64,000 bases of DNA from an uncultured Gemmatimonadaceae bacterium (GTDB taxonomy: Bacteria; Gemmatimonadota; Gemmatimonadetes; Longimicrobiales; Gaopeijiaceae). Shown here in pieces: positions 54,416 to 62,671 of the stretch (position 1 is the first letter of the stretch; each line of letters begins with the position of its first letter). The stretch covers positions 4,941 through 68,940 of the forward strand of contig CAZPZU010000016.1 in the NCBI GenBank assembly GCA_964591135.1, written 5' to 3'. The notes under the pieces were generated by a model, which was given only the letters and a program-made list of their open reading frames with translations, did no database searches and was not told where the DNA came from. Made by a program: the position numbers and the translations under genes.

Positions 54416-55024
54416 CCTGGACAACACTTCACGACCTCGGGGATCACACGTCCTCCAGACGAGGCGACCCTCTTTTTCTGCATTCCGTCGTCCCGGAGCC
54501 GGATGTTTGGGGAAGAGATGTTCCGGAATTCGTTTGTTTACACCATCTACCGAAGAGACCTCGAAGGTTCCTGCAACACATGTCATAAGGTGTTGTAAGA
54601 TAGTTTGTTACGCTGTCCGGGCGGTTCGGTGCGGGTCTAGCGCACGCGACCCTTGCTCCGCGGGACTGGCCGCGGTAGATATACATCGCGTTTCGGATGC
54701 GGCTCTTCGACAGACGATGGCGATGGTCATCCCTACGATGAATCCGAAAGGCGGTTGCCTGGCGCGACGGCGTTACGGCGGCAAGCGAACCGGGGTTTGG
54801 GAGACCCGGGGAGCGCGGCAGGGAGGTCGCTGGCCCTGTCGAGCAGGCCCCCAGACGAATTCGGGGGGCGCCCCTCGCCACGGACCGCGTGGCACGAAGA
54901 GGGGAGGAAGGGTGAAGGTCCAGTCGCCCGCACGCGGGCGGACCCAAACGAGGACCGTGATCCCGCCAGCGCAGTAGGGAGGGTGCCGGCGCAGCGTGTA
55001 GCGGCCGACAGCTCCTTCGAGAAA
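54416..55024. other. unassigned non-coding gap between convergent genes; candidate structured RNA locus
   Basis: There is no ORF with the local codon bias. The left part (about 54470-54720) is the most AT-rich stretch in the window. The right part (about 54760-55020) is GC-rich with several local hairpins. See findings. Confidence 0.3.
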
Positions 55025-55060
55025 GAAGCGGCTCGGGCACTTCGGTGTTCGGGCCGCTTC
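55025..55060. terminator. bidirectional intrinsic terminator (rnhA and any plus-strand transcript from the gap)
   Basis: GAAGCGGCTCGGGCAC-TTCG-GTGTTCGGGCCGCTTC, a 16-bp stem (3 G-U pairs) capped by a UUCG tetraloop. It is followed by ACTTTGT on the plus strand and TTTCTCG on the minus strand. It lies 24 nt after the rnhA stop. Confidence 0.65.
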
Positions 55061-55084
55061 GACTTTGTGGGGTGGCCGCGCCCG

Positions 55085-55651
55085 TCAGCGCTCGGGCGGC
55101 AAGTACTCGTGGAAGTCGAGATACCGCCCTCGCTGGCGTTCCTCCTCCAGCCACGCCTCGAAGCCGGACGGGACGAAGCCACCTGACGAGGACTGCTCCT
55201 TCGCCGCCTTGGTCGCCAGGTGGTTGGCGTACTCGTTGCGCGGATGCCCCGCGTGGCCCCGAACCCACTCCGTGCCCACCCGGTGCCGGGAGAGCTCCTG
55301 GTCGAGCTCCTGCCAGAGCTCGAGGTTCTCGATGGCGCCGCCCTTGCGGCGCCACCCACGACGCTTCCAGCCCGGAAGCCACTCCCCGATCCCCTTCACC
55401 AGGTACTGGCTGTCCGAGACGAAGCGCACCGCACACGAGCGCCTCAGGTCGCGGAGCACTTCGATGGCGGAGCGGATCGCCATCCGGTTGTTGGTGGTGT
55501 CGGGCTCCGAGATCCAGTAGTCCCGGCGTTCCCACGTCCCGCGGCGCCAGAGCTCTACGAGCCCCGCCGCGCCCCCCGGCGTCGCGCGATCCCGGAACTG
55601 GTTGCCCAGGCACGATTCGTCGGCATGGACCTGGACGGTTTGGAGGGACAT
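55085..55651 (-). CDS. rnhA: ribonuclease HI
   Basis: The C-terminal 188 aa of the spurious 1025-aa track ORF 55085..58162, starting at ATG 55651. Catalytic motifs HADESCLGN, TNNRMAIRSAIEVL, SDSQYL and GHAGHPRNEYANHLA. Confidence 0.9.
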   Translation of the reverse strand: MSLQTVQVHADESCLGNQFRDRATPGGAAGLVELWRRGTWERRDYWISEPDTTNNRMAIRSAIEVLRDLRRSCAVRFVSDSQYLVKGIGEWLPGWKRRGWRRKGGAIENLELWQELDQELSRHRVGTEWVRGHAGHPRNEYANHLATKAAKEQSSSGGFVPSGFEAWLEEERQRGRYLDFHEYLPPER

Positions 55652-55813
55652 GTCGGCGGAGGTGGAGGAAGCGGAATGGCGCAACCTAACGGTCCCGCCG
55701 GTACCCCGGGAGGTTCCGCAGCACCCGGGGGCCGGCTTCCCTTGACCCGCATCGAGGGGCCCGTACCTTTCGCCGACGATCCGGACCACCCCGACGCGGA
55801 GCCGCGCCAACCC

Positions 55814-56932
55814 TTGCAAGAACGGGCCTACCTCCTCCTCGAAGACGGGCGCCGCTTCGACGGCGTCTTCGTCGGCACGGCGCGGCTCGCCCTCGGAGAG
55901 GTCGTATTCAACACATGCATGACCGGGTACCAGGAGATCCTCACGGATCCCTCGTACACGGGCCAGCTCGTGACGATGACGTACCCGCTCATCGGCAACT
56001 ACGGAGTCAACGCCCACGACCGCGAGTCTCCCGATCCCCGGGTGGCCGGCTTCATCGTGCGGGAGGCCGCGCGGCGGCCCTCGAATTGGCGGTCCGAAGC
56101 CGGTCTGGATGCGTACTTGCAGGACCACGGCGTGACGGGGATCGCCGACATCGATACGCGCGCCCTCACCCGTCACATCCGGAGCCGCGGGGCGATGCGG
56201 GGGGCGATCGCGCCGGCGGAGCAGGGCGCCGAGGAGGTGATGGCCCTCATCTCCTCGCATCCACGGATGGAAGGGCTGGACCTCGCGTGTGGCGTATCGA
56301 CGCCGGAGCCCTACGAGGTGGCGCCCTCGGGTCCCGAGCGCTTCCGTGTGGTGGCCTACGACTTCGGCGTCAAGGCGCACTCGCCGAAGCTGCTCGCCGA
56401 GCGCGGTTGCCGGGTGACCGTGATTCCGGCCGACACACGCGTCGAGTCCATTCTGGAAGACCCTCCGGACGGGCTGTTCGTGTCCAACGGGCCCGGGGAT
56501 CCGGCAGCGGTGGAGAAGGCCGAGCGGGCGATCGTCGAGCTGGCCCGTGCCGACGTCCCCGTGTTCGGAATCTGCCTGGGCCATCAACTGATCGCTCGAG
56601 CGTTCGGCGCGACGACCTACAAGCTGCCCTTCGGCCACCACGGTGGAAACCACCCGGTGAGGAACCTGGACCGCGGCGCCGTCGAGATCACCTCGCAGAA
56701 CCACGGCTTCGCAGTGCGCGCGGGCGACCGCGGCGAGATCCCGGGCGCCGCCGAGTTGCGGCTCACACACGTCAATCTCTACGACGGGACGGTGGAGGGC
56801 GTCGAGCACCGCGAGCTCCCGGTGTTCTGCGTGCAGTATCATCCTGAGGCGGCGCCGGGCCCGCACGACAGTCGCTATCTGTTCGACCGCTTCGTCGACC
56901 TCATGGAGGTGCGCAAGCAGTCCGACGCCTGA
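55814..56932 (+). CDS. carA: carbamoyl-phosphate synthase small (glutaminase) subunit
   Basis: Preferred start is TTG 55814 (LQERAYLLLEDGRRF..., matching the usual CarA N-terminus and a 372-aa length). Upstream ATG 55676 has a good GGAGGA, but the intervening codons have low GC3. Motifs VVFNTCMTGYQEILTDPSY, GICLGHQL and VQYHPEA. Confidence 0.9.
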   Translation: MQERAYLLLEDGRRFDGVFVGTARLALGEVVFNTCMTGYQEILTDPSYTGQLVTMTYPLIGNYGVNAHDRESPDPRVAGFIVREAARRPSNWRSEAGLDAYLQDHGVTGIADIDTRALTRHIRSRGAMRGAIAPAEQGAEEVMALISSHPRMEGLDLACGVSTPEPYEVAPSGPERFRVVAYDFGVKAHSPKLLAERGCRVTVIPADTRVESILEDPPDGLFVSNGPGDPAAVEKAERAIVELARADVPVFGICLGHQLIARAFGATTYKLPFGHHGGNHPVRNLDRGAVEITSQNHGFAVRAGDRGEIPGAAELRLTHVNLYDGTVEGVEHRELPVFCVQYHPEAAPGPHDSRYLFDRFVDLMEVRKQSDA

Positions 56933-57062
56933 GCGTCCAAAGCTGCAAGTGCGCCTGTCACAACGACTCAGGGGTTCTTGCGGGTGCGCGCGGCGCTCAT
57001 TACCGTGGCGACGACCGAGCGTACGAACGCGACTGAACCGAGCGACACCTTCTGGAGGAAGC

Positions 57063-57362
57063 ATGACCAAGGCGGACCTCGTCGAGCAGGTGGCCGACGC
57101 CATCGGGCCCGGGATCACCAAGAAGGACTGCGCCCTCGTCGTGGACGGCTTCCTGAACGCGGTGAAGCTCGCCATGGCCAACGGGGAGAACATCGAGATC
57201 CGGGGCTTCGGCACGTTCAAGGTCCGCAAACGGAAGACCCGCACGGCCCGCAATCCCCGAACGGGGGATCCGGTCGAGGTGCCGTCGCGCAGCGTCCCCG
57301 TCTTCAAGCCCTCCAAGCACCTGCGAAATCGGGTGGCGAAGATGGATACCGCCCGGGCCTGA
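57063..57362 (+). CDS. HU/IHF-family DNA-binding protein
   Basis: 99 aa with GGAGGAAGC upstream. Motif IRGFGTFKVRKRKTRTARNPRTGDPVEVPSRSVPVFKPSK. Confidence 0.9.
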   Translation: MTKADLVEQVADAIGPGITKKDCALVVDGFLNAVKLAMANGENIEIRGFGTFKVRKRKTRTARNPRTGDPVEVPSRSVPVFKPSKHLRNRVAKMDTARA

Positions 57363-57424
57363 TCCTCGCGGACAACGGTCGATCCCGTGTTTCCGCTCGC
57401 GCCCCGCGCAGCCGGATTCCCTTT

Positions 57425-57449
57425 AACGAATCCCGCTGCCGGGGCGTCT
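57425..57449 (+). promoter_or_regulatory. candidate ECF-type promoter (AAC-N17-CGTCT) upstream of the sigma gene
   Basis: TAAC GAATCCCGCTGCCGGGG CGTCT ends 9 nt before GTG 57458. This resembles autoregulated ECF promoters (-35 ending AAC, -10 CGTC). The distance to the start codon is very short. Confidence 0.2.
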
Positions 57450-57457
57450 GACGTCCG

Positions 57458-58012
57458 GTGAGCCGTGGCGACCGTGGGAACGCGGTTCCGGACGAGGAAC
57501 TGGTGCGACGGGCCCGCTCGGGCGACCAGGGCGCGATGAGCCAGCTCGTGGAGCGGCACCATGCTTCGGTCTTTCGAGTCGCATTGTCGCTGGTTTCCGA
57601 TCCGGATCTGGCGCAAGACATCGCACAGGATGCGTTCCTGAAGGCGTTTCGTGGTCTTGACGGATTCCGGGGGGATGCGGCATTCCGGACCTGGATGCTC
57701 ACGATCGCCGCCAACACGGCGAGGGGTGCCCTGCGCCGCGTGGTACGGAGGAGGGAGACGGGCCTGGACGGGGTTGCCCCGGTGGAGAGTCCGGAGGCCA
57801 GCCCGGAGGAACAGGCCGCCACCGGAGAGGAGGCGGCCCGGGCGCGGGCGATGCTCGGGAGGTTGCCGGACAAGCAGCGGATGGCCGTTCAGCTCCGCAT
57901 CGACGAGGGGCTGAGCTTTCGCGAGATCGGGGAGATCATCGGCTCGAGCGAAGGAGCCGCGAGGGTGAACTACTTCCATGGGATCCGCAGGCTCCGGGAG
58001 TTGATGGAATGA
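57458..58012 (+). CDS. ECF sigma factor (RpoE-like)
   Basis: 184 aa. Region 2 (AMSQLVERHHASVFRVALSLV, DIAQDAFLKAF, FRTWMLTIAANTAR) and region 4 (GLSFREIGEIIGSSEGAARVNYFHGIRRLRE). Confidence 0.9.
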   Translation: MSRGDRGNAVPDEELVRRARSGDQGAMSQLVERHHASVFRVALSLVSDPDLAQDIAQDAFLKAFRGLDGFRGDAAFRTWMLTIAANTARGALRRVVRRRETGLDGVAPVESPEASPEEQAATGEEAARARAMLGRLPDKQRMAVQLRIDEGLSFREIGEIIGSSEGAARVNYFHGIRRLRELME

Positions 58013-58479
58013 GCGACATGGGTTGCGAACGAGCGCGCGTGGCGATTCCGGACCTCGTCGCGAAACGGCTGGAGGCGGAGGCCCGAATCGAGGCAGAGGC
58101 ACATCTCGGCACATGCGCGGACTGCAGGGAGGAGGCGGAGCTGGTCGCCCTTCTCGTGGCATCGCGCCCAGAGGTTCCGGCGGGCCTCTCGCGGAGGATC
58201 GACGCAGCCGTCCGCGTTCGCGGCGGTGCGGTCCGCCGTCCGTGGTGGGGGCTCGCGGCCGCCGCGGTGGCCGTGCTCGCGCTGGGCATCGGCGTCGCGT
58301 CCCGGCAGGGCGGTCCGACGAGCGAGTTGCCCGCCTACGTGGCCGACACCGGGAGCGAGAGCGAGAACCTCTGGCTCAGCGACGACGGCCTGATCGCGGG
58401 TGCGCCGGCCCTCGACGCGCTGTCGGACGACGCGCTCGTCCAGCTCCTGGACGAGATGAGCTCGGAGGGTCAGGCATGA
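58009..58479 (+). CDS. zinc-finger (ZAS-type) anti-sigma factor, single TM
   Basis: ATGA overlap with the sigma gene. H-x3-C-x2-C motif HLGTCADCREE. TM helix WWGLAAAAVAVLALGIGV. Confidence 0.8.
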   Translation: MSDMGCERARVAIPDLVAKRLEAEARIEAEAHLGTCADCREEAELVALLVASRPEVPAGLSRRIDAAVRVRGGAVRRPWWGLAAAAVAVLALGIGVASRQGGPTSELPAYVADTGSESENLWLSDDGLIAGAPALDALSDDALVQLLDEMSSEGQA

Positions 58480-59036
58480 GGCGATCCGTGGCGGTCATCG
58501 GGCGCTTGGTCTTCGTCCTCACGCTGGCTGGCGCGACCGGCGCGCCGCTGTACGCCCAGCGCGGACCACCGGGGCGCATGGGACAGCAGGACCGCACGGA
58601 GCTCGAACGGCGCGTGCGCGAGCGCTTCGGGGAGATGGTCAAGCAGCGGCTGGGGCTCGACGACGAGCAGGCGCAACGGCTCAACGAAACCGTGATGAGC
58701 TTCCAGCAAGACCGTATGAGCCTCTGGCGGGAGGAGCAGGCCGTGCGCAAGCGGGTGGAGGCACTCCTCCTCGAGAGCGGCGACAACCAGGCCGAGGCTC
58801 GCGAGCTCCTCCAGCGGATGCAGGAGCTGCGCATGCAGGAGGCGAGGCTCGGGCAGACGGAACAGGACAAGCTCCTCGAAGTGCTGACACCGGCGCAGGT
58901 GCTCCGCTTCCAGGCGATGCGCGAGGAGATGGGGCAGCGCATCCGCAGGCTCCGGGGTGGGGGTCCTGGGGGGCCTCCCGGCATGGGGCCCGGGCTGCCG
59001 CCGGGCATGGGGATGGACCTCTTCCCGGAACGTTGA
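58476..59036 (+). CDS. periplasmic Spy/CpxP-like (LTXXQ motif) protein
   Basis: ATG 58476 overlaps the anti-sigma TGA. Signal peptide. Helical, with DDEQAQRL and LTPAQVLRFQ motifs. Gly/Pro/Met-rich tail. Confidence 0.75.
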   Translation: MRRSVAVIGRLVFVLTLAGATGAPLYAQRGPPGRMGQQDRTELERRVRERFGEMVKQRLGLDDEQAQRLNETVMSFQQDRMSLWREEQAVRKRVEALLLESGDNQAEARELLQRMQELRMQEARLGQTEQDKLLEVLTPAQVLRFQAMREEMGQRIRRLRGGGPGGPPGMGPGLPPGMGMDLFPER

Positions 59037-59094
59037 CGAGCGGCGTGGGGTTAGCGTACGGTCGAGCTACTCGTCCCGCGACCTGCCCGCGCCG

Positions 59095-59346
59095 ATGACC
59101 ATCTCCGTCCGCACGCTCTTCTTCGCGACGTACCGCGACCTCGTCGGTGAGCACGAGCTCGCCGTCGAGCTGGACGACGGGGCGACGGTTGCGGACCTCG
59201 TCGCGGAGCTGCGAGCGCGTGGCCGTCCCTTCGACCGGCTTCCGACCGAACCGGCCGTGGCGGTGAACCGAACGTACGCCCCCCTCTCCGAGCGCCTGGG
59301 TGTGGGCGACGAGGTGGCGTTCATTCCGCCGGTCGCGGGTGGCTGA
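59095..59346 (+). CDS. moaD: molybdopterin synthase sulfur-carrier subunit
   Basis: 83 aa with a ThiS/MoaD fold. C-terminal ...VAFIPPVAGG. Confidence 0.85.
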   Translation: MTISVRTLFFATYRDLVGEHELAVELDDGATVADLVAELRARGRPFDRLPTEPAVAVNRTYAPLSERLGVGDEVAFIPPVAGG

Positions 59347-59360
59347 GGGGGAGCCCGGTC

Positions 59361-59822
59361 ATGATCCACACCGCCATCGTGTACGCGCCGCTCGACCCCA
59401 CGGCAGTCCTTGCGCGCGTGGGATCTTCCCAGGACGGTGCGGTGATCCTGTTCGTCGGGGTGGTACGCGACCACGCACAGGGGCGTGCCGTCACCGGCAT
59501 GCGCTACGAAGCCTACGAGGAGATGGCGTCAGCGGTCCTCGCGGACATCGCTCGGGAGGCAGCGGAGCGCCTGGGAACGGACCGGATCGCGGTGGAGCAC
59601 CGCGTCGGGACGCTCTCCGTGGGCGAGCCGAGCGTGGCGATCGCGGTGTCCGGCCCCCACCGCGCGGAAGCCTACCAGGCCTCGCGTTACGTCATCGAGG
59701 AGATAAAGAAGCGCCTGCCCGTCTGGAAGAAGGAGCGCTACGCGGACGGGCGCGAGGGCTGGGTCGAGGGGACGTCTCCGTCGGCGCACCTGTCGGATCG
59801 GATAGGGGAGGGGGTGGGATGA
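59361..59822 (+). CDS. moaE: molybdopterin synthase catalytic subunit
   Basis: 153 aa. Motifs GAVILFVGVVRD, EAYEEMA, VAIAVSGPHRAEAY and PVWKKE. Confidence 0.9.
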   Translation: MIHTAIVYAPLDPTAVLARVGSSQDGAVILFVGVVRDHAQGRAVTGMRYEAYEEMASAVLADIAREAAERLGTDRIAVEHRVGTLSVGEPSVAIAVSGPHRAEAYQASRYVIEEIKKRLPVWKKERYADGREGWVEGTSPSAHLSDRIGEGVG

Positions 59823-60799
59823 AGGACCAGTTCGGTCGACGGATCGAGTACCTGCGGATTTCGGTCACGGACAAGTGCAACCTGCGCTGCGTCTACTGCA
59901 TGCCCCTCGAGGGTACGCCGTGGATGCGGCGGGACAAGCTGCTCACCTACGAGGAGATCGAGGCGATCGTGCGGGCGATGGCGGGAATGGGCCTTCGCCG
60001 AGTGAGGATCACGGGGGGCGAGCCCCTCGTCCGGCGCGACCTGCCGGAGCTCGTCCACATGCTGGCACGCGTGCCCGGCATCGACGACCTGTCCCTGTCC
60101 ACGAACGCCGTACTCCTCGAGCCCCACGCCGAAGCGCTGCGGAGTGCCGGAATCAGGCGCGTGAACGTGTCGCTCGACTCCCTCCGGGAAGACCGGGTGG
60201 ACGCCATCGCGCGTCGTCCGGGCTCGTTCCCGAAGATCATGGCGGGGTTCGAAGCCGCGGAGCGCGTCGGGTTCGACCCGATCAAGGTCAACGTGGTGCT
60301 CATGCGGGGCGTGAACGACGACGAGGTCGAGGACTTCGCCGCCATCACGCGGGAGCGGCCGTGGCACGTCCGCTTCATCGAGGTCATGCCAACCGGCTCG
60401 AACCTCGAGGTGAGCGCGAACCAGTTCTTCTCCTGTCAGGAGGCACTCGGGCGGTTGCGGGGGATGGATCGGCTCGAGCCCGTGTCCGGTCCGCCCGGCA
60501 ACGGGCCGGCGACCTACTACCGCTTTCCCGGAGCCCACGGAACGGTCGGCGTCATCACGCCGATGAGCCACACGTATTGCGACCGGTGCAACCGCATGCG
60601 CCTCACCGCGGACGGCCACCTGCGTCCCTGTCTCTTCGGTGACCTCCAGACCAACCTGCGCGACCCTCTGCGCGCCGGTGTGGACATCGTGTCATTGGTC
60701 GAGGAGACGCTGCGCATCAAGCCCGAGCGGCACCACCTGATCCAGGGCAGCGACCGGGGCTCGGGGGGCCTGGTGGCGCTCTCCCAGACGGGAGGCTGA
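59819..60799 (+). CDS. moaA: GTP 3',8-cyclase (radical SAM)
   Basis: ATG 59819 overlaps the moaE TGA. Radical-SAM motif CNLRCVYCMP, RITGGEPLVRRD, and the C-terminal cluster CDRCNRMRLTADGHLRPCLF. Confidence 0.93.
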   Translation: MKDQFGRRIEYLRISVTDKCNLRCVYCMPLEGTPWMRRDKLLTYEEIEAIVRAMAGMGLRRVRITGGEPLVRRDLPELVHMLARVPGIDDLSLSTNAVLLEPHAEALRSAGIRRVNVSLDSLREDRVDAIARRPGSFPKIMAGFEAAERVGFDPIKVNVVLMRGVNDDEVEDFAAITRERPWHVRFIEVMPTGSNLEVSANQFFSCQEALGRLRGMDRLEPVSGPPGNGPATYYRFPGAHGTVGVITPMSHTYCDRCNRMRLTADGHLRPCLFGDLQTNLRDPLRAGVDIVSLVEETLRIKPERHHLIQGSDRGSGGLVALSQTGG

Positions 60800-60917
60800 G
60801 GGTACCCACCGGCCGACGCGCGGCCTGAGCGCCGTCCTTCGTTGACCCCTTCCCGACGTTCGGATACGTTCGTTCATCCTTACGTTTGCCATCCTGCCCA
60901 AAGGGGCTTCCACGAAC

Positions 60918-61856
60918 ATGAGCGTGAAGAAGATCACGGTCGTCGGCGGTGGACACGTGGGTGCCACGTGCTCACAGCTGCTGGCCCAAAAGGAGCTCGC
61001 GCGCGAGGTCATCCTGGTCGACATCCTGGAAGGTGTCCCGATCGGCAAGGGCCTCGACCAGTGGGAGAGCGCACCCATCGATGGGTTCGACTCCCGCGTC
61101 CGCGGCACGAACGACTACGGCGACACCGCCGGGTCGGACATCTTCATCGTCACGGCCGGCGTCGCGCGTAAGCCGGGGATGAGCCGCGACGACCTCCTCA
61201 AGACCAACGCGGGCATCGTCCGCTCGGTGTCGGAGGAGATCAAGAAGCGCGCCCCCGAGTCGATCGTCATCGTGGTGTCGAACCCGCTGGACGTGATGGC
61301 GCAGGTGGCGCTCGAGACCACCGGCTTCCCACGGGAGCGGGTCATCGGCATGGCCGGCGTGCTGGACTCCGCGCGCTACCGGTCGTTCATCGCCCTCGAG
61401 CTGGACGTCAGCATCGAGGACATCCAGGCGCTGGTGCTCGGTGGGCACGGCGACACCATGGTGCCCCTCGCGAGCTACGCGTCGGTGAGCGGAATCCCGC
61501 TTTCCCAACTCCTCCCGCAGGACCGGATCGACGCCCTGGTCGCGCGTACCCGGAAGGGCGGTGGCGAGATCGTGGGCTACCTGAAGACGGGGAGCGCGTA
61601 CTACGCGCCGGCGGCGGCCGCGGTCCAGATGGCCGAGGCCATCGTGAAGGACAAGAAGCGCATCCTCCCCTGCGCCGCCTGGCTGCAGGGCGAGTACGGG
61701 ATGAAGGACCTCTTCCTCGGCGTGCCCTGCCTCCTGGGCGAGGGCGGCCTGAAGAAGGTGATCGAAGTCGAGCTCAGCGCCGAGGAGAAGGAGGCCCTGG
61801 CCAAGAGCGCCGAGGCCGTCCGCACCGTGGTCGCGGACCTGAAAGCTCTGGGTTGA
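60918..61856 (+). CDS. mdh: malate dehydrogenase (LDH-like)
   Basis: 312 aa. Motifs [26 protein letters not shown] and [11 protein letters not shown]. Confidence 0.95.
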   Translation: MSVKKITVVGGGHVGATCSQLLAQKELAREVILVDILEGVPIGKGLDQWESAPIDGFDSRVRGTNDYGDTAGSDIFIVTAGVARKPGMSRDDLLKTNAGIVRSVSEEIKKRAPESIVIVVSNPLDVMAQVALETTGFPRERVIGMAGVLDSARYRSFIALELDVSIEDIQALVLGGHGDTMVPLASYASVSGIPLSQLLPQDRIDALVARTRKGGGEIVGYLKTGSAYYAPAAAAVQMAEAIVKDKKRILPCAAWLQGEYGMKDLFLGVPCLLGEGGLKKVIEVELSAEEKEALAKSAEAVRTVVADLKALG

Positions 61857-61893
61857 GCAGTTCGCTTCGGACCCTCCACAACACAATCGGCCG

Positions 61894-61931
61894 GCCCGGC
61901 CGGGGCCGCCCGCCCCGGCCGGGCTTTCTTT
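61894..61931 (+). terminator. rho-independent terminator of mdh
   Basis: Perfect 13-bp stem GCCCGGCCGGGGC / GCCCCGGCCGGGC with a 5-nt loop, followed directly by TTTCTTT. Confidence 0.8.
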
Positions 61932-61980
61932 GCCGGGGTCTGCAACGCCCATGTTGCGGGCCTCTTCGACAGGAGTCGTG

Positions 61981-62658
61981 ATGCGACGGGTCGTAGCGCT
62001 GTACCGGTCGTCCGTGGGGAAGAAGATCCTCATGGCCATCACCGGCTTCATCTGGTTCGGGTTCCTGGTCGGACACATGGGCGGGAACCTCAAGGCCTTC
62101 CAGGGAGCCGGCACCTTCGACACGTACGCCGAGCATCTCCGGATCATCGGGGAGCCCATCCTGCCCAGGATGGGATTCCTGTGGGCGTTCCGGGCCCTGA
62201 TGCTGGCGGCGTTCGTCATCCACGTGCTGCTCTCCTGGCAGACGTCCCGCCAGAGCTGGGCCGCGCGGCAGACGAAGTACCGCAGAAAGGCGAACCAGAA
62301 CTTCGACTTCGCGTCGAGCTGGATGCGCTGGGGCGGGGTGCTGATCCTCGTCTTCCTGGTCTTCCACATCCTGCACATGACGACCGGGACGCTGCACCCC
62401 GACTTCGTGGCGGGCGAGGCCTATCATAACCTGGTCACCGGCCTCGCCAATCCGCTGGTGGCGGGATTCTACATGCTGGCGATGGTGGCGATCCTCTTCC
62501 ACCTGTACCACGGCGTGTGGAGCCTCTTCCAGACACTGGGCGCGAACCACCCCAAGTACGCCGGCTGGCGGCGCCCCCTCGCGGTGGTGGTGTCCATCGT
62601 GATCTTCCTCGGATTCATCTCGATTCCGGTCGCGATCCTGACCGGCGTCGTTTCCTAG
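61981..62658 (+). CDS. sdhC: succinate dehydrogenase cytochrome b558 subunit
   Basis: ATG 61981 with AGGAG upstream (track ORF starts at 61930). Motif [28 protein letters not shown]. Five TM helices with His ligands. Confidence 0.85.
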   Translation: MRRVVALYRSSVGKKILMAITGFIWFGFLVGHMGGNLKAFQGAGTFDTYAEHLRIIGEPILPRMGFLWAFRALMLAAFVIHVLLSWQTSRQSWAARQTKYRRKANQNFDFASSWMRWGGVLILVFLVFHILHMTTGTLHPDFVAGEAYHNLVTGLANPLVAGFYMLAMVAILFHLYHGVWSLFQTLGANHPKYAGWRRPLAVVVSIVIFLGFISIPVAILTGVVS

Positions 62659-62671
62659 CGGAGGCCTGACC

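Noticed and set aside
54717-54977. 86-codon Arg-rich ORF (MAMVIPTMNPKGGCLARRRYGGKRTG...) inside the non-coding gap.
   Set aside because: GC3 is about 73%, against about 90% for confident genes here. There is no ribosome-binding site. The composition looks like a translated structured GC-rich RNA.
54880-55010. Resemblance to RNase P RNA. GAGGGGAGGAA (about 54899) and TAGGGAGGGTGCC (about 54975) recall the P3/P4 junction and P7/P8 region of type A RNase P as I remember the E. coli M1 sequence.
   Set aside because: The near-invariant GGAAAGUCC (CR-I) is disrupted; it reads GGAAGGGTGAAGGTCC. No ACAGAACCCGGCUUA-like CR-V element is present. Only about 50 nt remain before the terminator, far too little for the rest of the S- and C-domains. 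The similarity is probably chance in GC-rich sequence.
54416-55084. tmRNA, SRP RNA or a cobalamin/TPP riboswitch in the lipB-rnhA gap.
   Set aside because: There is no GGGG...UUCGAC 5' end, no T-arm plus CCA 3' end, and no tag-peptide reading frame, so it is not tmRNA. There is no GGAAGCAGC SRP motif, no B12 box and no CUGAGA TPP core. No downstream gene lies in either orientation for a riboswitch to control.
55676-55813. ATG 55676 with a good GGAGGA as the carA start, which would add 46 N-terminal residues.
   Set aside because: The added codons have about 72% GC3 and encode low-complexity Gly/Pro/Ala. The homologous CarA N-terminus begins at the TTG 55814 position. The later start also leaves a sensible 162-bp divergent promoter region with rnhA. 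It is kept as an alternative.
55085-58162. Very long track ORFs: 1025 aa at 55085..58162(-), 971 aa at 41692..44607(-), 875 aa at 6923..9550(+), 817 aa at 29278..31731(-), 763 aa at 44607..46898(-), 705 aa at 13636..15753(-), 677 aa at 51940..53973(-), and many others.
   Set aside because: They run antisense to, or out of frame with, genes that have clear family motifs. They are Arg/Pro/Gly/Ala-rich with no recognisable domains. Stop-free shadow frames are expected at about 70% GC. Only their short terminal parts are real genes: rnhA from 55085..58162 and the SDR from 29278..31731.
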